Source of the DNA: a virus
Taxonomy: Duplodnaviria > Heunggongvirae > Uroviricota > Caudoviricetes
DNA length: 4,903 nt
Virus record (IMG/VR): IMGVR_UViG_2706794696_000005
Direction: 5' to 3' (one strand)
Below are positions 1 through 4,903 of the stretch, piece by piece; position 1 is the first letter of the stretch, and each line of letters opens with the position of its first letter. The notes under the pieces are model-generated. The model saw nothing but the letters and a program-made list of their open reading frames with translations. It ran no database searches and was not told the origin of the DNA. Made by a program: the position numbers and the translations under genes.

Positions 1-56
1 CGTCTGGGGAATATCTCCCCGGCAGCCTTCAGGGAAAAATATCATCAGATGGCTGC

Positions 57-410
57 TTAAAAAAAGAACAAATGGTAGTGTCCGCTATTGCCAGTACACC
101 TCAATTGCTCTGCGGCTTCGCTCAGAGCTGGCGTATGTTCCCGGCCTACTGATTCACACAGGTAATCAACGAAACCGGACACCAGTTTTCGTTCGCGAGG
201 CGTGATCGCCCCACCGACCGGAGTCCAGTAATCGAAACCCAGTTGCAGGAGTTTGAAAAAACGCTTGTGGAATGCGTAGTTACACACACGCTTAAAGTCT
301 GCGTGTATCCACTCACCTATTTTGATTTGATGCAGAAAATCGCAACTCTCCGGCGTCGCCGGGAGAAGTAATCCGGAAGAGGTTTGTTTGACCAGTTGTA
401 TATGTGCCAT
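57..410 (-). CDS. Hypothetical protein, about 117 aa, second gene of a small two-gene unit downstream of hok
   Basis: Open frame on minus strand ending at TAA 59..57. ATG at 410..408 is preceded by GGAGAA about 7 nt upstream. The ORF track extends to a TTG at 452 that overlaps the upstream stop; the ATG start is preferred. No family recognised. Confidence 0.5.
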   Translation of the reverse strand: MAHIQLVKQTSSGLLLPATPESCDFLHQIKIGEWIHADFKRVCNYAFHKRFFKLLQLGFDYWTPVGGAITPRERKLVSGFVDYLCESVGREHTPALSEAAEQLRCTGNSGHYHLFFF

Positions 411-448
411 CGGCTTTCTCCGGTGGCACGGTGTTACACAGCAGGAGT

Positions 449-736
449 TCAATCCTGCTCAAGATTGTAGATGAGTTTATTCTTCAGCAAAAGCAGAAAA
501 CCAGCCTTAAAACCAATCTCTTTCAAAACCCGTAATGATGTGACAAATTCGTCCTCACGCAAAATAAAACCGTCCGTCAGAAGTCCATTACAAAAATAAA
601 ATAACACAGCACCGCTCTTCCTTTGTTGAGATTGCAAACATCTAATGCGGCAATGGCTGACAATCGCTCCATTCTCAACGCGCACAGCATAGAGGCCATT
701 TTCACTAAAAATTTCACGCAATTCTTCGATTTTCAT
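449..736 (-). CDS. Hypothetical protein, 95 aa
   Basis: ATG at 736..734 preceded by GAAGGA Shine-Dalgarno-like motif; TGA stop at 451..449. Sits downstream of a predicted promoter and is followed closely by the 57..410 gene. No family recognised. Confidence 0.5.
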   Translation of the reverse strand: MKIEELREIFSENGLYAVRVENGAIVSHCRIRCLQSQQRKSGAVLFYFCNGLLTDGFILREDEFVTSLRVLKEIGFKAGFLLLLKNKLIYNLEQD

Positions 737-817
737 CTTCAGAATCCTTCCAGATAAATAGCTCTCCCCTGTTCGGGGTCCATCCCTCTTCTCCCTGCGC
801 GCTACTTAAGTGAGTCG

Positions 818-845
818 ATTCTATCTGCGAAGGTGCGCGAATCAA
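818..845 (-). promoter_or_regulatory. Candidate sigma70 promoter for the 449..736 / 57..410 gene pair
   Basis: On the minus strand, TTGATT (845..840), a 16-nt spacer, then TAGAAT (823..818); lies between the upstream terminator and the ATG at 736. Hexamer match only, no experimental support. Confidence 0.3.
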
Positions 846-854
846 ATTCACCGG

Positions 855-909
855 AAATAAACAACAAAAAACCCGCCGAAACGCTGAGAGATCACAGCGA
901 TGGGCGGGT
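855..909 (-). terminator. Rho-independent terminator, probable 3' end of the hok transcript
   Basis: On minus-strand RNA: stem AACCCGCC (909..902) pairs with GGCGGGUU (878..871), with an inner CGCUG/CAGCG stem, followed directly by UUUUUGUUGUUUAUUU (870..855). About 77 nt downstream of the hok stop. Confidence 0.5.
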
Positions 910-949
910 TAAGTGCGGGTGCGTTGAGGATGCCTGACACATCAGAGGT

Positions 950-977
950 GGGCGGGGATGGGATCAGCTCCCCGCCC
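950..977 (-). other. Stable GC-rich hairpin in the hok 3' UTR
   Basis: Perfect 9-bp stem GGGCGGGGA / TCCCCGCCC with a 10-nt loop, starting 9 nt downstream of the hok stop; no U-tract follows, so it is not a terminator. hok mRNAs carry structured 3' ends that pair with the 5' end; the 5' partner cannot be checked because it lies in the gap. Confidence 0.35.
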
Positions 978-985
978 GGTCACTC

Positions 986-1141
986 TTACTTCCTGGATTC
1001 GTAGTCTACGAAGACAGCGACCTCCGTCTGGCCGGTTCGGATTCGTACCTCACAGAGGTCTTTCCTCGTTACCAGTGCCGTCACTATGACGGTTAAACAG
1101 ATGACGATCAGGGCGATTAACATCGCCTTTTGCTGCTTCAT
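986..1141 (-). CDS. hok: Hok/Gef-family type I toxin (small membrane-depolarising peptide), 51 aa
   Basis: Translation MKQQKAMLIALIVICLTVIVTALVTRKDLCEVRIRTGQTEVAVFVDYESRK is near-identical over most of its length to E. coli HokD/HokC as I recall them. ATG at 1141..1139 with AAGGAG 9 nt upstream. Single transmembrane helix plus conserved C-terminal Cys region. Confidence 0.9.
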   Translation of the reverse strand: MKQQKAMLIALIVICLTVIVTALVTRKDLCEVRIRTGQTEVAVFVDYESRK

Positions 1142-1163
1142 AGCCTGCTTCTCCTTGCCTTTC
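1050..1163 (-). CDS. Partial mok-like overlapping reading frame (3' portion only; start lies in the N gap)
   Basis: A second frame is open from the gap edge (1163) to a stop at 1052..1050, overlapping the first about 90 nt of hok. This is the expected arrangement for mok in hok/sok loci. Only 37 codons are visible, so this is tentative. Confidence 0.3.
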   Translation of the reverse strand, partial: ERQGEAGYEAAKGDVNRPDRHLFNRHSDGTGNEERPL

Positions 1164-1725
1164 NNNNNNNNNNNNNNNNNNNNNNNNNNNNNNNNNNNNN
1201 NNNNNNNNNNNNNNNNNNNNNNNNNNNNNNNNNNNNNNNNNNNNNNNNNNNNNNNNNNNNNNNNNNNNNNNNNNNNNNNNNNNNNNNNNNNNNNNNNNNN
1301 NNNNNNNNNNNNNNNNNNNNNNNNNNNNNNNNNNNNNNNNNNNNNNNNNNNNNNNNNNNNNNNNNNNNNNNNNNNNNNNNNNNNNNNNNNNNNNNNNNNN
1401 NNNNNNNNNNNNNNNNNNNNNNNNNNNNNNNNNNNNNNNNNNNNNNNNNNNNNNNNNNNNNNNNNNNNNNNNNNNNNNNNNNNNNNNNNNNNNNNNNNNN
1501 NNNNNNNNNNNNNNNNNNNNNNNNNNNNNNNNNNNNNNNNNNNNNNNNNNNNNNNNNNNNNNNNNNNNNNNNNNNNNNNNNNNNNNNNNNNNNNNNNNNN
1601 NNNNNNNNNNNNNNNNNNNNNNNNNNNNNNNNNNNNNNNNNNNNNNNNNNNNNNNNNNNNNNNNNNNNNNNNNNNNNNNNNNNNNNNNNNNNNNNNNNNN
1701 NNNNNNNNNNNNNNNNNNNNNNNNN
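1164..1725. other. Assembly gap or masked sequence (562 N)
   Basis: Uninterrupted run of N. All ORF-track translation through this span (runs of X) is artefact. It removes the 3' end of the QueH-like gene and the entire 5' leader of the hok locus. Confidence 0.95.
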
Positions 1726-2370
1726 GATAAGAGGGCGTCCCTGAGATTTGCGGTGTAGATTGGTATCGCGCAGAGAATACACACAGCCACAATATTCCTG
1801 CTGATAGAATTTTTCGCGCTTGCTGATTTCAATCATACGGGACGAGCCGCCCTGCTTGCGCCAGTTATAATCCCAGTACACCATGCCCGGATAATGCGCG
1901 ACGGCTCGCCGCCCACAGTCGTTAACCTGCTGCATATTTTTCCAGCGTGAAATGCCCAGTGAACTGCTGATCACACTGAAACCATTTTCAGCGGCGTACA
2001 GCGCTGTCCGCTCAAAACGCATGTCAAAACACATGGTGCAACGGATCCCTCGTTCGGGCTCCCATTCCATTCCTTTGGCTCGTTCAAACCAGTTGTCTGT
2101 GTCGTAATCAGCATCAATAAACGGCACGCCGTGTTGTTCAGCAAAGCGAATATTCTCATCCTTACGAATTAAATACTCTTTCTGAGGATGAATGTTCGGG
2201 TTGTAGAAAAAGATGGTGTAGTCGATTCCCGAGGCCTGAAGCGCCTCCATCACCTCACCGGAACATGGAGCACAGCAAGAGTGCAGTAGTAGTTTGTTTG
2301 CCCCGTTTGGGAGCTCCAATTTGGGCCGTTTGAAATCAGCAACTGTCATAAATATGTTTATTGGGGTCAT
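1726..2370 (-). CDS. QueH-family (DUF208) putative epoxyqueuosine reductase-like Fe-S protein; 3' end truncated by the gap
   Basis: 215 codons visible. Motifs [22 protein letters not shown] and YCGCVYSLR match the conserved Cys motifs of QueH/DUF208 as I recall them. Start is ATG at 2370 or the in-frame ATG at 2349; neither has a good Shine-Dalgarno sequence. The stop is expected within the first part of the gap. Confidence 0.75.
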
Positions 2371-2489
2371 AAAAATATCAAAGAGTGTAGCATTAGAACG
2401 GGGCTATCGGAAACAGATGTGTGACTGCTCCCCGCCCTTTCGGGTGGTCTCCTGATGATTTGAGGGTGCAGAAATCCCTCCGGTTAAGG

Positions 2490-2518
2490 ATTAAATTTTT
2501 AACAGTGCTAAATTTAAT
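2490..2518. repeat. AT-rich inverted repeat (9-bp arms, 11-nt spacer)
   Basis: ATTAAATTT (2490..2498) and AAATTTAAT (2510..2518) are perfect reverse complements, directly abutting the stop of the 2518..2931 gene and at the start of the 147-nt gap upstream of the QueH-like gene. Candidate operator or weak terminator. Confidence 0.35.
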
Positions 2519-2931
2519 TATTCAGTTCTGGATTTTGTCGCCCTGCGTATCCGCGCTTTCGCGTTACGCTCAATCTGTATCAGCTTTTCTATATTTCTCC
2601 GCCTTTCCTGTTCCTCCTGGCGCAATAGCCTTACATCATCTGCCAGTCTGGTTTCTCTTTTTGCCACAGAGAGCATCCAGTCAAACGGCTCCACAACCGC
2701 ACCGCAGATTTTACAGCGGACCTGACGCTCTTTTTCGTCAACCCGTACAGAGGCGTGATGGCAATATGGTCTTTCCGATGGCTCATAAAGAAAATTAACC
2801 TGATTACGAGGGTCATCCTCTTTTACCGGAAATAAAACGATATTGCTTAACTCATCTTCTGGTTTTATTTCCATGCTCCTCTCCTTTGATGCGAATGCCA
2901 GCGGTAATTGAAGCCTGATAGCTAATTTCAT
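2518..2931 (-). CDS. Hypothetical protein with putative zinc-ribbon (C-H-H ... C-x-x-C) and basic C-terminal tail
   Basis: ATG at 2931..2929 directly follows the upstream gene's TGA (TGAATG junction). An alternative internal ATG at 2874 has AAGGAG 6 nt upstream and would give a 118-aa product. Sequence contains CHH ... CKIC and an Arg/Glu-rich C-terminus. No family recognised. Confidence 0.55.
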   Translation of the reverse strand: MKLAIRLQLPLAFASKERSMEIKPEDELSNIVLFPVKEDDPRNQVNFLYEPSERPYCHHASVRVDEKERQVRCKICGAVVEPFDWMLSVAKRETRLADDVRLLRQEEQERRRNIEKLIQIERNAKARIRRATKSRTE

Positions 2932-3354
2932 TCACAGTATCGCCTCCTGAAAATTACCCTGATAGAAAGCCAGTACACGCTGCATAGCTTCGCTCTTCCG
3001 GCACTCGCGACAGATTATATTCAGGCGCCTGTCGTAGCGGCGTATTTCTCCGTCAGGTAATGACCAGATAAGGTCCGGATCAACAACAACCGGTTTCCTC
3101 ACCTTTACTCTCGAGAGTTTTTTGCGGGCGCTTTGCCAGTCCTTGCGAGCCTGTTCAGACGGGAATAAGCCGTAGCCAGAATTATATACATCACCACTTG
3201 CGACCAGTTCTATGCATAAGCGACCGACAGACGCACGACTGATACCTGTTTCATCTGACAACTGCCGAATCGTGACCCGACCGTCCTGATGCACGAGTTC
3301 CACAATTCGCGTCTTCAGTTCTTCCCGCTGTTCGGGAGTAAAAGGTTTCGCCAT
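2932..3354 (-). CDS. Putative winged-helix / HTH DNA-binding protein, 140 aa
   Basis: ATG at 3354..3352 with AGGAGG immediately upstream. N-terminal region (VTIRQLSDETGISRASVGRLCIELVASGDV) has the pattern of a winged-helix HTH. C-terminal part contains a CxxC pair. Exact family not recognised. Confidence 0.65.
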   Translation of the reverse strand: MAKPFTPEQREELKTRIVELVHQDGRVTIRQLSDETGISRASVGRLCIELVASGDVYNSGYGLFPSEQARKDWQSARKKLSRVKVRKPVVVDPDLIWSLPDGEIRRYDRRLNIICRECRKSEAMQRVLAFYQGNFQEAIL

Positions 3355-3368
3355 AAATCCTCCTGAAA

Positions 3369-4115
3369 CTACTTAACAACCCTCGAATGGCTAACATTCG
3401 GACGCCAGCTCTCCCAGTTAAAATTCACCCAGCGCCCGCCGTTCATGACCATGCGATCCATCACCCGCTCGCCGAGCAATGTTTTCATCACCTCATAGTT
3501 CAGGTTTGTCAGCATCCCCACGCTGCGCATCGACGCTGTCCGGCGATCAACAATCTGGTGCAGCACCACCTGCTCGTTTTTCGTCTCGCGCTGAATGCCA
3601 ATTTCATCAAGAACCAGCAGATCCACTTCGCACAGCTCCCGCAAAAATTTTTCGCCTGACTGCCCGTCGTCATAGCTGGCGTGCAGGGCGCTCATAACAT
3701 CAGCCACGGTAACCACAATCACTGTCTGACCGTCTTTCAGCAGGCGATTCCCGATAGCTGCCGCTAAGTGATTCTTCCCGGTACCAGGTTTTCCGCTGAA
3801 CGCAAAATTTGTACACCCGGTCATCAGTTCATCGGCGATGGATTTCGCCTGGCTTAACGCGTATCGCTGGCCGTCGTTCTGCACCTGGTAATTCGCAAAC
3901 GAGCATTTACGGTGCAACGGCTGGATGCCTGAGCGATTCAGAATTTTTTCCACCCGCAACTGGCGATTCAGGCGGTTGATCTCCTCGCTACGTTTCTGGC
4001 CTTCAGCAAGTTGCCACTCGCGCCACTCCGCTACCGTTCTGAATGGGGCGGTTACATGTGGCGGGGTCAGTCGGCGGATGCGTTCCAGAACGCCGCCTGT
4101 CGCAATATTTTTCAT
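3369..4115 (-). CDS. DnaC-like replicative helicase loader (AAA+ ATPase, IstB/DnaC family), prophage paralogue
   Basis: 248 aa with Walker A GKPGTGKN and Walker B DLLVLDEIG. Long blocks resemble host E. coli DnaC (FSGKPGTGKNHLAAAI, MLTNLN, LLGERVMDRM). ATG at 4115 with AGGGGG upstream. Comparable to prophage DnaC paralogues such as Rac YdaV. Confidence 0.9.
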   Translation of the reverse strand: MKNIATGGVLERIRRLTPPHVTAPFRTVAEWREWQLAEGQKRSEEINRLNRQLRVEKILNRSGIQPLHRKCSFANYQVQNDGQRYALSQAKSIADELMTGCTNFAFSGKPGTGKNHLAAAIGNRLLKDGQTVIVVTVADVMSALHASYDDGQSGEKFLRELCEVDLLVLDEIGIQRETKNEQVVLHQIVDRRTASMRSVGMLTNLNYEVMKTLLGERVMDRMVMNGGRWVNFNWESWRPNVSHSRVVK

Positions 4116-4121
4116 GGTCCG

Positions 4122-4824
4122 TTACCCCCTGAAGCCTGGCGGGATCGCACTGTCCGGCAACGAGACGGTGTTAACCTGTCGGAGCAACGTCTCAGGCCGA
4201 ACACCTTTCGGCGCGAACAGGCCCTGGTATTCATTGGCGATGCTGTGTCGAATCACCTGCTCAGGTGTAAAACCCTGCTGACGGAATTTTTCCAGTTCCC
4301 GTATCGCCCCGTTAGCGCCCTGCTCCGTTCGAATCGGTTTTCGCAATGCCTGTCTGAACCGGACCCACTCATGCCAGAGTGTTTCCGGCAACCAATCGGG
4401 CAGCTCAATAGCCTCCGGCTCGAATTTTTTAGACGCTCGTTTTTGGCGAGGGGGAGATCAGTATTTAGATCTTCCTCTTCCTCTTCCTCTGGTAACGCTT
4501 TTTGATCCGTTTGTGTAACGCTGGCAGCGTTACCTTTTCGTTTCAGTTCGCGTATTTTTGTTACTCGCTCGTTTGTAACCGCCCGTTTTTTTTAGAGCTT
4601 TTTCCGTTATGACGTTCAAAGTTAGGTAGAGAAAGCCCTCCGTCATTTTCGACCAGCCATCCAACCTGAATTAACGCATCAGCAAAACCAGACATAAAAG
4701 TGATGCGATCTATTGCACTTTTTGTAACGCCGCGAGCGTTACAATCTGCATTACCGTCTATCATTTGTTGATCCGCCCATGCCCAGAAGCGAATAACCTG
4801 AGGTAGCCTGAGTTTAACGGACAC
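4122..4824 (-). pseudogene. O-like phage replication initiator / replisome organiser, disrupted (three reading frames; 5' end abutted by an IS)
   Basis: An N-terminal segment (4561..4824), an acidic middle segment with EEEEEE, and a C-terminal segment (4122..4391) lie in three different frames. They join into one protein of about 230 aa if one A is added in each of two A-runs (A8 at 4586..4593, A6 at 4425..4430). The apparent GTG start at 4824 falls inside the predicted IS end. Confidence 0.55.
4491..4593. repeat. Iteron-like repeat cluster plus A/T tract inside the replication gene; candidate prophage origin
   Basis: Perfect 19-bp palindrome GTAACGCTG-G-CAGCGTTAC (4515..4533). GTAAC/GTTAC cores recur five times within 4492..4579, with a CGTTTGT..AAC direct repeat (4508.. 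and 4569..), followed by a T8 tract at 4586..4593. Lambdoid origins lie inside the O gene linker with this organisation. Confidence 0.35.
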
Positions 4825-4903
4825 TCCTTCCTGAAATAGAATGGCATCAGAAGGAGCTAATAATGAGCAGAAAAACCCAACGTTACTCTAAAGAGTTCAA
4901 AGC
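4799..4903 (+). mobile_element. Probable left end of an IS3-family insertion sequence (IS600-like), continuing beyond the window
   Basis: Candidate terminus TGAGGTAGCCTGAG at 4799 (alternatively TGAG at 4809), about 55-65 nt upstream of a plus-strand ATG (4863) with AAGGAG RBS. The encoded peptide MSRKTQRYSKEFK fits the conserved N-terminus of IS3-family OrfA transposases, and IS600 OrfA as I recall it. Boundary is approximate. Confidence 0.45.
4863..4903 (+). CDS. IS3-family transposase OrfA, N-terminal 13 codons only
   Basis: AAGGAG (4851..4856), 6-nt spacer, ATG at 4863; translation MSRKTQRYSKEFK runs off the window edge. The R-x-Y-S-x-E-F-K pattern is typical of IS3-family OrfA. Too short to be certain. 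Confidence 0.45.
   Translation, partial: MSRKTQRYSKEFK

Noticed and set aside
6-20. GGGGA-ATATC-TCCCC hairpin downstream of the 57..410 gene
   Set aside because: Five-bp stem only, no following U-run on the minus strand; cannot be called a terminator, and the window edge prevents seeing the context.
1971-2159. 62-aa minus-strand ORF
   Set aside because: Nested in an alternative frame inside the QueH-like gene; no independent support.
986-2370. Long minus- and plus-strand ORFs that span the N run (268, 260, 214, 204 and 410 aa in the track)
   Set aside because: Their length comes from translating N as X. Only the flanking real sequence was used: hok 986..1141, mok-like 1050..1163, QueH-like 1726..2370.
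2429-2446. Short hairpin CCGCCC-TTTC-GGGTGG in the intergenic region
   Set aside because: Six-bp stem with a wobble or mismatch and no U-tract on either strand; not a convincing terminator and too weak to call as a regulatory element.
2421-2798. Plus-strand ORF of 125 aa
   Set aside because: Entirely antisense to the 2518..2931 minus-strand gene, no RBS, Pro/Ser/Arg-rich low-complexity translation; typical shadow ORF.
2631-2816. 61-aa minus-strand ORF
   Set aside because: Alternative frame inside the zinc-ribbon gene; no RBS or recognisable features.
4471-4488. Tandem hexamer (CTTCCT)x3
   Set aside because: This is the coding sequence for the EEEEEE acidic linker of the replication protein on the minus strand, so it is a codon-level repeat rather than an independent repeat element; it could still be a slippage-prone site.
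3387-4505. Four plus-strand ORFs (3387..3659, 3479..3697, 3925..4281, 4011..4505)
   Set aside because: All lie antisense to the DnaC-like and initiator genes, overlap each other in different frames and translate to Arg/Ser/Pro-rich sequence; the minus-strand genes have clear homology, these do not.
1-4903. Search for CRISPR arrays, tRNA or rRNA genes
   Set aside because: No spaced direct repeats of CRISPR type, no cloverleaf-compatible segments and no rRNA-like conserved blocks were seen by eye.

Overview
Almost all coding capacity is on the minus strand and the gene content reads as a lambdoid-type prophage segment from an enterobacterial (E. coli/Shigella-like) genome; this identification rests on recalled protein similarity, not a search. 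Reading the minus strand 5'->3' (high to low coordinates): an O-like replication initiator that is split across three reading frames and abutted at its 5' end by what looks like an IS3-family insertion sequence; an intact DnaC-like helicase loader; a winged-helix protein and a putative zinc-ribbon protein; a QueH-family (DUF208) Fe-S protein whose 3' end runs into a 562-nt run of N (1164-1725); a hok-family type I toxin gene with a structured 3' region and intrinsic terminator; and two small hypothetical genes with their own candidate promoter. The gap hides the whole 5' control region of the hok locus (mok start, sok antitoxin RNA), so no antitoxin can be confirmed. No rRNA, tRNA or CRISPR array is visible. 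I see no clear novel multi-gene system; the most unusual items are the prophage-borne QueH-like gene, the iteron-like repeats inside the broken replication gene, and the uncharacterised two-gene unit after hok.
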